A stretch of 64,000 nt of DNA from NCBI GenBank assembly GCA_016618085.1, contig JABLTG010000016.1:1-64000 (forward strand), given 5' to 3'. The stretch comes from Neovahlkampfia damariscottae (taxonomy: Eukaryota). Shown in pieces: positions 49,814-63,126 of the stretch (its first letter is position 1; each line of letters starts with the position of its first letter). A program made the position numbers and the translations under genes. The notes beneath the pieces are model-generated. The model did not search any database. It saw only the letters and a list, made by a program, of their open reading frames with translations, and was not told the origin of the DNA.

Positions 49814-51182
49814 ATGAATTTATCATTAGAAACTTATGAAGAAAAGAAAATACTTGAAATCAAAGAAAATGGAGAAGAAGTTTATTCAGGGTTTGAAACA
49901 TATATTTTTTCTAAACATTTTTTCAAAAGAATACCTTCTGATGAAGAGTTATTTTCTAAACTTATTACACTTTTAAAATTTCCAGAAAATGATAAATCTA
50001 TTGATTTTCCAACCTTTTTTACACCACCAAATCATTTAAAAATATTTAAGAGCACTGAAAAAATTAAAAGTAATGGAGACTTGATACAAATATTAAATTT
50101 AATTTATGAAATTAAAAAGAGTACATATTTAGGAGTATCAGATATTAATCAATCTTTAAATTTTTCAAATTTATCACAAAGAATATTTAAAGAAAAAAAG
50201 AATGTAAAAAAAATAATATTTGTTTCTTATTGGTTAGAATATTGATTATTCAATAAATATATTAAATATTGGATTAGAGAATTTAAAAAAAAGAATTAAA
50301 AAAAATAATGAAAAATTTAAAGAATTAAAAGAAAGAAAAATGAAATGGAAATTACAAAGAATACAAAATCAATCAATTATTGATATTTCATTCTCAAAAT
50401 GTAAAATATTAAAAATAATCTAACTATGCTAATTTGAAGCCATTATGACAATAAATAAAAAAATACCAATTTATTTAGTTATTAAAAAAGATGGTAGTTT
50501 TGAATATAAAATACCATCTATTTGTACTTTTTATAAACAAATTACAATGGGTACAAAATTATTAAATGAATTTAAAAGTATTGATAATGTTGTAAAAAAA
50601 TCACAAAACTCTATTTTTAATCAAGAATTATTTGATTTTGTAAAATTAAATTTATTAATCTCACTTTTATTAGATTTCATTAAAATTAAAAGATAGAATA
50701 ATTTATCATAAAAAGAATGAAATTAAATTAAAATTAAATTTTGATGATATTTTAACATTCTCTTTAAAAAATGATAATGTAAGAATTTAATTGGATAATC
50801 AATTTTTATTTTTAGATTTTTATTTCGTTTCATTCTTCTTTTGAAAATGAATTTACTAATATTTTATTAAAAGATATTTTATTAAAAATATTTGAAAATA
50901 AAAAAGAAGATTTTAAAATTTTGAATGCATTTGAATTTTTGAAACATAAAAAATTCTGTTTGTTGATAATGAATAAATTAAATGAAGAAAATTTAAAATT
51001 TAAATTTGAATCATTTCAATATCCAAATTTATCAATTTTGAAAATAAATAACAAAATGTAAGTTTGATAAAATGATTAATAAAATTAGATTGCAAATTGG
51101 TAAAGGTGAATTATTTTTAACTTCAAATAAAATGTTAATCAAAATTCATTTAAAAGAATTAATTTTTATGTTGAAAAAATAA
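49814..51182 (+). CDS. Hypothetical multi-exon protein
   Basis: ATTGG at 49797, chain of ORFs linked by GT-AG introns, stop convergent with calcineurin A; no family recognised. Confidence 0.5.
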
Positions 51183-51228
51183 ATATTTTTTTATTTTCTT
51201 AAATATTCAAACAAGAAAGAGAATATAT

Positions 51229-52886
51229 TTATTTATGAGTTTCTTCAATAACCGTTTTTTCGCCAACTACAATTGAAGGTGAATCAAGTTGTTTACGTTC
51301 AACTTGTTGTAAATTTTTAAAAAGACCTTTTACAACAGCAGATTTACCTGCAAAAGAACCTGGTTTTTTTGTATCTTGACCAATACTTGAAGGATTAAGT
51401 TCATTAATTTTATCTGCAGCCTTTGCTTCATCAAATCTTTTCAATGCAGATTTCATTGCAGTTGTACCTTTAATTAAAAGACCAGTTGGAATGAGACCTT
51501 CATTATATTCTTTAAGTTGATTTATAGTTTCTTTATCATGTTTAAGTCTTTCATACATTCTTGACATTCTTCCAATTGTCATAATTTTAGCTTTAATAAC
51601 TTCTGCTTTATCTTTTGGAAATATTGGTTCAATCTTTTCAATTTCATCATCAGAATCATTTTCTGACATTGTCCATAATTGTCTAAATACTTCTTGTACT
51701 TTATCTCCAACAAAAGGAATTGACCAAGTAAAAACGTTCATAAAATTTGGTAAATAATAAGGATGTTCAACCCATTTAAATTGACGAATATTCATAGCAT
51801 TATTAACAAAACGAATAATAGCTCCCATATTTCCATAAGAATCACAATAATTTGGAGCTGAAAAAATACAAATTACTGTTGGAAAGTTTGTATCTTTTCC
51901 TCTTTTATAAAGTTTATATCCTTCATCTTGTACTTCATGTGCTCTAACTAAAAATAATTAATTTTTTTTATATTTTCTCTCTTACAAACTGAAAGTAAAT
52001 TATTATTTGCCAAAAATGTTGATACAGCAGTATAACTATAAGTATATGAACAATTACGTAATTCATTAAATTGAAACATTCCATATTCATCATCTTCATC
52101 TTCTTCATCATCTTCCATTGGATCTGACCAAATTAAATCACTATAAATAAGTTATCATTTTTATTATTCTTACCACATTGGTCCAGATGAAGGTGGTTCT
52201 TGAAATCTGTCAATTGCATTAATATCTTCTAAAGTTAAAATATCAGGTGATATTCCACCATGAACACATAAAAATTTATCATTTAAAACACATGCAAGAG
52301 GTAAACAATCAAAACAAGACATTATTGCTTCATAAACATCTTCATTATATTTATATAAACACTCTTTTTTAAAATTAAAATATGCTGAAAGATGACGACA
52401 TTCATGATTTCCTCTTAACATATAAAATGTATCTGGGTAATTTGATTTGTATGATAAGAGAAGGAGAATTACTTCCATTCCAAACATACCTCTATCAACA
52501 TAATCACCAAGAAATAAATAAGGTGTTTTTGATGGTGGTCCACCAATTTCTAATAATTTTAATAAATCATAAAATTGTCCATGAATATCTCCACAAACTT
52601 TAAAAGTTTAATTTTAACAAAAAAAAAAAAAATAGAAACCTGTAATTGGATCTTGAACAACTAAAAGATTTGGTTCTTGTTTTAATACATCAGCAGCCAT
52701 ATTTACTATTTTTATAGCATCTTTTGGATTAATTCTACCTTCTTTTTGAAAGTGCGGAATTAGAACTTCGTAATTTGGTTTCCCATCTTTTTTAAATAAT
52801 TCTTCTTCCTTTGGGAAGTAATTTGGTGGATAAGTAACATCAGGTACCAATCTTGATGTGTAATCAATTTTTTCAACGCCACTCAT
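51229..52886 (-). CDS. PPP3C: Calcineurin A (PP2B catalytic subunit)
   Basis: [27 protein letters not shown]; CnB-binding [13 protein letters not shown]; CaM-binding [13 protein letters not shown]; autoinhibitory [12 protein letters not shown]. Confidence 0.95.
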
Positions 52887-53004
52887 TTTTCACTTTCTCG
52901 TTTTACTTTTTGATTGGTTGCAAATTCTCCGCTAAAAATCTAATTTTTAAACTACTAGTTGATTGGATGAAAAATTAGGTGGGAAATCACTTTTCAAAAA
53001 AAAT

Positions 53005-56000
53005 TTATTTTTCGCAAAATACATCAAATTTATGAGGTAATTTTTTCGATAAATTTGAAGGTGATTCGAAATGAGACACTTTTCCTTTATCGATCACCAG
53101 TATTCGATCAGAATCTTCAATAGTTTGAAGTCTATGAGCTATTGTTAGCACAGTTGAATTTTTAAATTCATTTCTAATTGTCTTTTGTATTAGTTGATCA
53201 GTTTTCAAATCTACTGCAGAAGTTGCTTCGTCTACGAAAAATATTAACAATCAATATTTGATTTACCCATGAATAATATTTTTGGTCTCTTTAATATTAC
53301 TCTTGCCAAACATAATAGTTGTCTTTCTCCTCTTGAAAAATTTTTACCATTTTCACCTACATTACAATCCAATTTGTCATTCATTAATTCAATTTTTGAA
53401 TCCATATAAACATGTTTTAATGTTTCCCAAATGTCATCGGATTTGTAAACATTTTGTGGATCTAAATTTTCTCTCAAAGTTCCTGAAATTAAAACTGGTT
53501 CTTGTTGAATTATTCCAATTGAATTTCTCAATGTTTGAACAGGTAATTGTTTTGTATCTATATCATCAATAATAATTGATCCTTCATCTAAATCACGTAA
53601 TCTAAATAATGCATAAACTAGTGAACTTTTTCCTGCTCCAGTTCTTCCAACAATTCCAATCTTTTCTTTTGGTTTTATTGAACATTCAATTCCTTTTAAA
53701 GCAGGTTGTAATTCAGGTTTATATCTCATTATTACATCATTCAGTTTTATTTCACCCTCTTTTGGCCATTGTTTTGATGATGGATTAATTATACCTTCAT
53801 AATCCTCTGTTTCAGTATCAATATAATGAGAAATGATAGCAGATGATAAAAGACCAGATTGGGTTTGTGCAGATCTTTTGATAAACATGAACAATTTTGA
53901 TGATATTGACATACATGTTGATAATAATAATCTTAAAAGACCAGCATCACCTGCATATAAAATACCTAATGCAGAAGATGCAACTGTTACAATTGCACCA
54001 ACAAATTCAACTCTAATTTGAAACCATTCTTGAACTAATGTCCTTGAATAAACAACACGCATATGATTATGTAACAATTGTTCATTTTCATTTTTAAATT
54101 GATTTTGTTCACCAAATGCACGAATTGTATATAATCCATTCATTGATGATTTAAAATGCGCAAAAGGTAAACTATAAGTTGTACCATGAATTCTTGTAAT
54201 TTCTGAAATTGTTGTTTCTGATTTTCTTGATAAATGATAATAAAGATAAAATATTGGAATTCCAATTATTAGAAATAAAGGTGTAATGTAAATCATAAAA
54301 ATGAATGAAATAATAATACTACAAATTGAATCTAATAATGAAATTAATTGATTACCAAATCTAGCATCTAAAACATGTACATCTTCACTGAATAAACTAA
54401 TTACTTTTCCACTTGGTGTATTATCATGAAAACTTGGTTTTGCATGAATAATTTTATCTAATAAATCATTATGAAATGATTTTGATGTTTCAATTATAAA
54501 ATTCACACCTACAATACTACAAGATAATGATATTATGATTTTTAATATCCCCATTAAAATATAAACTGAAATATAATAATTTAAAGAATTTGATTTAAAA
54601 TCTGTATCTTTTGACCATTTAGTTAACCACCAATCAGAAACTGTATTTGATGTATAATCCAAAAATATTAAACCAACAAAAATTAAAAACATTTTAAAAC
54701 TATAGTGTGATGCATATTGATAATATGATGTTTTTCCTTCAAATTCTTTTTTTGAACTTTTTGTTTTTTTTTCTTCTTTTTTTATTGGTTTACTTTGAAC
54801 ATCAATTCCCGAATCTAAAGTGTCACTATTTTCTTTTTCATTCGAAAATTCATTAATTAATGTTTGAAATGAAGAAATTTGATTCATCAAATCTGAATAT
54901 GTGCCTTGTTCAAATATTTTACCATCTTTCATTACCACAATCCAGTCTGCTTTTTCAAGAAAATGAACATGATGAGTTACTAATATTCTTGTTTTTTCTT
55001 TTAATTCACCAAAAATAACATTATCTAAAATATGTTGTCCAACACCTTTATCTACTGCTGCTAAAGGATCATCTAATAAAAATATCTCAGCATCTTGTTT
55101 GAAACAACATCTTGCTAATGCAACTCTAACTTTTTGTCCACCTGATAAATTTACACCTCTTTCACCAATTCTAGTATTCAATCTATCATTTAATTGATTT
55201 AAATCAGGTAATAATGCACATGATTCAATTATTCTTTCTAATTTTTTATCATCTTTTTTTGAACCAAATAAAATGTTATTTTCAACAGTTTCATTATTCA
55301 TCCATGGTTTTTGAGGTAAATATGAGAATTTCTTTTCATTTTTAGTGACTTCACCATCTGTCTTTAACATTTCTCCAAGCATTGATAGTAATAATGATGA
55401 TTTTCCAGAGCCAACTAAAAAGTTGAGCACATAATATTAATTCTTACCTTTCCCAACAACTGCAACTAAATTACCAGATTTTACTTTCAAATTCAAATTT
55501 TTTAAGTGATCTTCTTTTTTATTCCATGTAAAAGATGCATTTTCAAATTCAATATCCACATCCTTTTCTTTCATTTCTTTTGTAATTTTCAAAGGAATAA
55601 CTTCTTCTTTTTTCAAAAATTCTTCAATATTTTCAATTGAATCTGATAATTTTCTAATTTTAACAACAAAACTTGGTAATAAAAATATTGGTTCAGTAAT
55701 TTTTGTTAACAGTGAGAATACAGCAAATGATTGTCCAACTGTAATTTTATTACCCATCAAAGAATATCCTGAAAAACATAATAATGATATCAAATATGGT
55801 ACAAAATTCCAAATACTTGATAAATAATTTTGTTGTAATTGATAATCTTTTATCGCATTAATCTCTTTTTCTCTTGAATTTGAAACTTTTTTATAAAATA
55901 AACTTTCATATGCAAATAATTTCATTAATTGAATTGCATTTATAATTTCAGTTAATATTTGTACTCTTTTATCTGTTAACTTTCGATATTTCTTTTGTAA

Positions 56001-56771
56001 ATCTTGTGCTTTATTTTGAAAATAATAATTTATTGGAATTAACAACAGAATAACAACTAATTGACCTAAAGATGCCCATCCTTCAAAGAAATTAACTAAA
56101 TATCAATTTACCTAACATTTTTATAATCAAATAACCAGAAAGTAAAATCATTAATAAAGAAGCCCATAAATCATGTAATTTTCTTAAAACTAATTGTATA
56201 TTAAATACATCCATATGCATAACTGACATTAAATTAGTTGAATTTTCATCATCTTTTTCATTCACTGTGCTCACTTTCATATATTTTTTGAAAATTAAAG
56301 TTGATAATGCAATTTTAGTCTATTCAAGAGTTTAAATAATATGAATCAAACCATATCCGCAATTTTTGAAACTTTATATCGATGTCTTGAATCACAAATA
56401 GCATGTATAGTCTTTGAAATAAAATAAACTCCAGTGAATATTAATGATCTTCTTTGATTTTCATGTAATGAATTTATAATTTGATATAAGACAAAAGGTT
56501 GAGAGAGTGATAAAAGTTGAGAAATAAGTTTCGGAATTCCAGCTAAAATATATTCTGTTCCAGCAAAAGAAAAAAATGCTTTCCTCAAGCTAATATCCTT
56601 TCCTTGTTTTTCAAAAATTTCTTCAAAATTATCTGAAACATAGTTTACAGATCTTTTTGTTGGTAACTCAAATAAATCATCATGAACAAGTTTTTTGGTG
56701 GTAGATTTTTGAAAGAATTCCCATAACCAGTAAAATGTAATCATTGAAAGCCAATTTGGTTTTTCTTTCAT
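53005..56771 (-). CDS. ABCC/MRP-type full ABC transporter (short form, no TMD0)
   Basis: WLSMITFYW lasso, TMD1, NBD1 ([21 protein letters not shown]), TMD2, NBD2 ([29 protein letters not shown]). Confidence 0.93.
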
Positions 56772-56889
56772 CTTTTTAAAATCTTATCAACCAGAAAAAA
56801 ACGAGAAAACTGATAGGTGAGTTTTGTCCAATTAAAAATATTCTAATAGAAAAAAAAAGAAAAACAATCTTTGAAAGTATGAAATTAAT

Positions 56890-59217
56890 TTAATCAACTT
56901 TAATTGAACCATACATTTTTGTAACAAACCAAAATGTTGAAAAGAATCCAATTGTTCCAGTGATGATGCTAAAAAAATATTAAAAAAGTAAAGTACAAAA
57001 TATACCAAAATGTAATTGATCCAATCAACATATAACCATAAAAAGTGATACCCATTCCAATATTTGAAATACCATTTAATTTTGTAAAGAAATAAAAAAT
57101 TGAATACAAAAATAAATAAAATCCACTTGATGCAGAATTAAAGAAACTACTCCACCACCAATTATAATCCTATTTTGAAATTAGATAATATTAAAGATTT
57201 ACATGACTTGATAATTGAAAATATGTTGAAATAATTGATATTTCAGAACAAGTCAATGCTAAAATGATACAAACGACAATTAAAAACCCAAAAAGTGCGT
57301 AAAATTTCTTTAACCAAATTGAAGACATTAAAAAGAACAATTCAATAAATATAGCTCCAAATGGTAATATTCCAGTTAATAAAGGAACAAAAAATTCATT
57401 TAAATACCAAGGCTATTAAAATTAGAATATTCTATTTTTTTTCCAACCTTTTCTGGAATTAATCTTGGTATTTTAGAAACTTTTGTTGGTAATTTATAAG
57501 TCTCAAATCTCCAACCAATAAAACCTCCCAATAAAACTAATGGAAGTGAAATTCCAAGCCAAATTCCTAAAATTTTAAGAAATGTTGTGATTAATAAAAT
57601 TAAAGGTGAATTTGTGAGAAACCAAATTGTGATATTGATTTGTACAAATAAAAAGAATATAATACCAGGAAAATAAATTGCAGTAAAAAATGAAACAGTT
57701 TTCCAATATTCTCCTCCAAACATTTTGTATAAACGAAGTGAGAAATATCCAGCAAAGAATCCCATAAAAGCAAAACATAAAATTAACATTAAAAATATTT
57801 CACCTCTATTTGAAGGTGAAAGAAATCCAATTGCTGCAAATATAACAGTTAAAACAGCCATTAAACAAAGTTGAACACCAGTTCCACATGTAATTGCTAA
57901 TAATCCTGTTAATTTTGGTGGTCTAAAAACATCTCCATGAAGTATTTTCCATCCTGTTGTATTTTCAACAAAATCTTCATCATCATTATACATTGCAATA
58001 TCTTTATTTAATGTTCTAAGCACTAAAATCAATATTTGTTACTTTTTTTTATTTATTTTACTAATCATTCCAGCAATTCCAGTTAAAAATAATACAACAC
58101 CAAATGAATTAAAAATTGAAAACCAATGAACTTTATATTCTTTTGAATCTAAATTTATAAAGTTGAATAAATCTTTAAATTACCTGTTACTACTAAGTAT
58201 GCATCCCAACGTGATCCCCATTTTGTTTCAGTACGTTCCCAATCAACAGAATAAGACCATGGTATTGATTTTGTATTTGGTTTTAATGAAAATTTTGGTA
58301 AATTTGAAGGTAATACTTTTTTAGTTGAACATGAATCAGTAGTATGTTCAATTGATGCTGGAATTACACCTGCACCAACAATATAATATTTTTTTGTTTC
58401 TTTATCTAAATAATATTTTATGTGAAATGATAAATGATTATTCACATAATAATATGGTTTTCCTATTTGAATTTTAATTCTTTTTATTTTTCTCTTACCA
58501 TCTTTACATCCAATTGGAAATCCATCAGGTTTTAAATAAACAAAACCATCATCTTTATGATGAGAATCAGGTGCATCACCAAATGTACTATTCTTTTGAA
58601 TATTTGCAACAGGTAAGTTATCTTTTGAATTATTAGTTTTATTTTTTGAATTTGGTAGTTACCAATGATTCTAGAAAAAAAAAAAATAAAAAAAAGATGA
58701 AATTTACAATTGTGCTTCATAATCATCACCAATTTTTGATACAAAATCTTCAACATCTTTTTTTGATAATTCAAAACAATTTGCTTTTGTTGGTTTACAT
58801 GAACCACTTTTTGGACAATTTGGATCAACGTAATCCTTCACATATTTGCATGTTATTTTCTCTTTCATTTGTAACTATTTTAAAATATTATCAAAATATT
58901 AAATAATAATACTGTATAAAGAGAATTTTCTATTTGATCTCCAAAAATAACTTCTCCAATAGATTCAGTAGCTAAAACTTTTGGATTTGGTTGACAAAAT
59001 TTTAAAGAATAATATGAAAATGGTAAATTCTTTTTTGAAAATAACTTTCTTGTTTTTACTCTATGGTTTATTTTTTAAAACAAACTCTTTCTTACTCAAC
59101 ACCTTGTCCTTTTACATAACTCCTTGGGTTAAGCATTTCACTCAAGGACTGTGAGTTTATTTGAAAAATAAAAAATGAGAAAAGAAAAAAAACAGTTGTT
59201 GTCCAAGTTATTCTCAT
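56890..59217 (-). CDS. Transmembrane 9 superfamily (Emp70/TM9SF) protein
   Basis: Signal peptide, [56 protein letters not shown]-terminal IKVD. Confidence 0.93.
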
Positions 59218-59295
59218 TCAATCTTTTTTTGACTTTGTCCAATCAAACCTAATCAAATTTTTATTTTTTGATTTAAAATCTAAATATTTGTATTT

Positions 59296-60198
59296 TTATT
59301 GAGGATCCACTTTTATAATTACAATTGATGTTCCTGATTGTAGATTGTATTTATGATCACCTTTTGATTGTTGCACTTCAATAACTTGTCCTGAAACAAA
59401 ATCTGGAAGAGTTATGAATTGTTTTTCTATTGTTCTTGTATTTTCTTTGTGTAAATAATATCTATCTTCAAATATATCATTTAAATTTTGAGAAAATAAT
59501 TTGTATTGAACAGAAACACCAAAATTTACTTTTTGAAAAAACAAAATTTTTCCAAAGAGTTCATCAAATGAATTTAGACATTTTAAATCCACACTCCTTT
59601 CAAATATTGTTCTTGAGAAATATTTTTTTTCGAGAATGTTTTCTTTTTTTTCTTTTAAATTATTCTTTTGTGGTGGTATATTTTTATTCTCTTTTGATAA
59701 TTCCTTTTTGAATATTTTAATTATTAAAAACATACATTTGAATAGTGATCCAGTAACTGTATTTTCTTATCATATTCCATCCAAATATTTTTATAATTTT
59801 TACGAATGGTTATTAATAACTTTTGAAATTTAAAGAATCAAAGGATTAAGTGTTACCTGTTTTAAATCATCACCATATATTTTAAGTTTATTATTTGCAA
59901 TCATTCTAACATAAGAGGGTGGTAACATTATTTGTATTAGGTATAATAAATTTGTTTCTTTTTCTGTAATCAAACTCTGAAGTTAAATTAAATTAAAAAT
60001 TACTTCTATATGATCACAGTCTTCTGAGTTCAACATTTTCAAAATATCAGAATTCATTTTTGTTCTTTTATCTGAACTGTATTCAAAATTCTGGTTTTCA
60101 TAAATCATTCTGTAGTGATTTATTTTTATCCTCAAATCTTGATGTTGAATCTCATTACATTTTTTTTTTGAAACGTATTTTTGAAAACGTGAATTCAT
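59296..60198 (-). CDS. Small protein with a C-terminal Atg11/FIP200 Claw-like domain
   Basis: C-terminus GKILFFQK...RYYLHKE...LPDFVSGQVIEV...KYNLQSGTSIVIIKV; N-terminal exons linked by short introns. Confidence 0.5.
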
Positions 60199-60456
60199 TT
60201 TTCAAGAAGAGAATGATGATTGGATGAAATTGGATATCCCATAAAGAAATTGAACCATTCTCACAACTTGATACAATAATAAAATTAGGTTATTCTTCTA
60301 AAACAAAATGATATTGTTCATATGAAGAAATACATGACTGTTTGAAATTCATTTAAATCAAATTCTTCAATAAATGTTCAGACTTCAATGACCAGTGGAG
60401 CACAATTCCAATTAATTGGATTTTTTTTAATTAAAAACTGAAATTTGAATCTTTTT

Positions 60457-61300
60457 TTATTCAATTTTTTTTTTTTGTTTTGGATCATAATTAGTGCCAA
60501 ATAGACGATCCAAATAGGTAAAAAATGGTTCATAGTTTGTTTTTGGGTGCAAGTGATGATAGTCATGTGTTACTGCACCACCATAAAAAGGTATCCTAAA
60601 ATATTGATATGAATTAATTTAAATACATACCAATTACTAAGAGATAGAGAGAATTCATATCCAATATGAGCATCTACACTGATATATATACTGAGAGGAA
60701 TCCAAATCCAATATGTCAAAACATGAAGACCAATAATCTTAAAAATAATGAGTTTATAAAATACAAGCATACTTCTGGGATTCCAACTGACATTAATGTT
60801 GTTGCCAACAGTTCACTCCAATGTAAATGTTGTGTAACTAATGCAAATGGCTTCCTGTACTGATGATGAAATTCATGTCCAAACTTATAAAGGGTTTCTG
60901 ATTTATGGTGGAGCCAATGCCAAACAAAATAAATAAAATCAAACAAAACGAAACTTATGAACAAATGTATAAGTAACTCTGAAATAGTAGGAGCAACTTT
61001 TGGTAAAGTTATTGGTGGTAAAAAAACAATAGCAAACATTGATAGTGGTAAAACAAAAAACAAGTTGTTTTTCATTGTAGATTTAAAAGTATTCCATAGG
61101 TGCTTAGATTCAATTTTAAATTCTGGATGTAATCTATTTCCACTGAATAATTTTGTAATATCAAAAAATGTGAAAATTGAAATCAAAACGAAATAAAAAC
61201 CTATAGGATAAACAACTCTGAATGTTTGTGAAGCCAAAATATTCCCATAGTTTGTGATTAAGTGGTCGTAAAACGGTTGAAGAAACAATGATGCTTCCAT
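60457..61300 (-). CDS. Fatty acid hydroxylase/sterol desaturase family, cholesterol 25-hydroxylase-like
   Basis: His boxes WHWLHH, HEFHH and HDYHH plus DAHIGY; N-terminal [10 protein letters not shown]; two introns. Confidence 0.85.
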
Positions 61301-61365
61301 TATAACCAACCAATCAATTTTTTGAACCAATCACAAGTGCTTCACTGACAAATAAATAATAAACT

Positions 61366-62903
61366 TTAATTTATATTTTGATTTTGATTTATTGTCATTT
61401 TCTTTTCATTTTCTTCAATTAAGTACTTTTTTTCCTCATCGTCTTTAATCTCTTCGTTGATGATTGTCTCATTGTTTTCTTCATAATATTTCTTCAATGC
61501 TGCAATATCATAAGGAAGCAAAAATATGACAATTAAAAATCCAAAAAATATAATAAATCTTGTGGTAGTATGAAAAACTTGGATTAAATTTAGATTAAAT
61601 TGCAAATATTACCCAATAATGCCCAACGAATAGCCATTGGATTTAATGCACTGTCAAAAATTGGAAAGTTCAAAGTGGTTAATGAGCCAACTGTCAATGG
61701 TCCAAGAGATCCGATTCCTATAATGTGAAAAAAATTAAAATTACCTGTTATAAAAACACCAAATAATGAAACAGCAATTCCTCTTCCAGAAACTGGAATT
61801 ACTTGAACCATGATCAAATTCATTGGAACCAAAATTAGGAATTGGAAAAATGTAGCTGGTAAGTATAATAATAAACTTAAATATTGGTTTTCTACCAATA
61901 ATGAAGCAAATTGAAAAGGAGCATTGGCAACAACAGCAAATATAGCAATGATGGCATATCCTTTGTCAGTGTACTTTTGAACAATTGTACAAATTAATGC
62001 AGACATGAGAGAACCTGATAAACCAGCAATAGGACTGATCCAAGATAACCATCTTGAAAGCTCTTGTGGTGTCATTTGATGAACTCTTTGATAAAAAATT
62101 GGATTGAATGTATTGATGGCATTTGCACCTGCAAAACCAACAGCTCCTGAAAGACTTAATATTATAAGTGATGGTCTTTTAATGATATAAAAAATGATCG
62201 TTGAAAATTGAGGTGGTTTTTTAACATCGTTGTTTTCATCAAGTGCACCTCTTTTTGGTTCTTGTACTGTAAGAAAAACAATTACACATACAATTGCACC
62301 TGGAATACTTGAAATGAAAAAAATTGATCTCCAATTTGAACTTGTTTCTGTTAGTAAACCACCAAATAAATATGAAACACCCAGTCCAAAAATGAGAGAT
62401 GTATTGGCAATACCAAATGCCAAAGCTCTTCTTGAAGGTAAAAAATAATCCGTGATGAGTGAAAATTGAATTGGATTTAATCCTCCCATTCCAAATGCTG
62501 ATCCAATTTTATAAAACATCAAATGCCAATAATTTTTGGAAAACCCAGTCAAAATTTGAAATGCTGTGAAGATAATAACACAAAATAACAACGTCCATTT
62601 CCTTGAAAATATGTCTGATGCTCTTCCAAGTGCAATACCTGCAATTATTGTTGCAGCTGAAGAAATGGGTCCAATAATGGCACCAAAAAAACTTTCTGAC
62701 AACTATAAACAGTTATAAAATGACAACCATACCTTTAAATCTTTCAAAACACCTTCTGAAGAAATGTTGATCAAATTAGAGTTGAAAATTCGGCAAAGTG
62801 AAACGGAAAATAGAACTAACAGAACATATACCGAGTAAAACATTCCTATAATGCTGAAAGCAGAATAGTGTTTTTTTTCAGCGCTTGTTTGTTCTTTGTC
62901 CAT
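61366..62903 (-). CDS. MFS transporter, Spinster-like
   Basis: LGRASDIFSRK motif A, LITDYFLPSRRALAFG, EPKRGA, about 12 TM segments; short introns. Confidence 0.85.
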
Positions 62904-63126
62904 TGTATTTCTTCCAACGTTTGAGAATTGTGCTGGAAGTCTTTTATCCAATAATTATTGTTCTAAAAGTGTAAAAAAATAGAAGCTAAAAAATTTGACG
63001 TCCAATGAAAACAGATCATCTTCGAAGGACTTGGATTGTTTTAAATTCGACAAAATGAATGAAGAGCAGAAACTGTTATTTACTTGTCATCCAATCAAAT
63101 GATCCATTTTTTTTCCAAAGTTCGAA

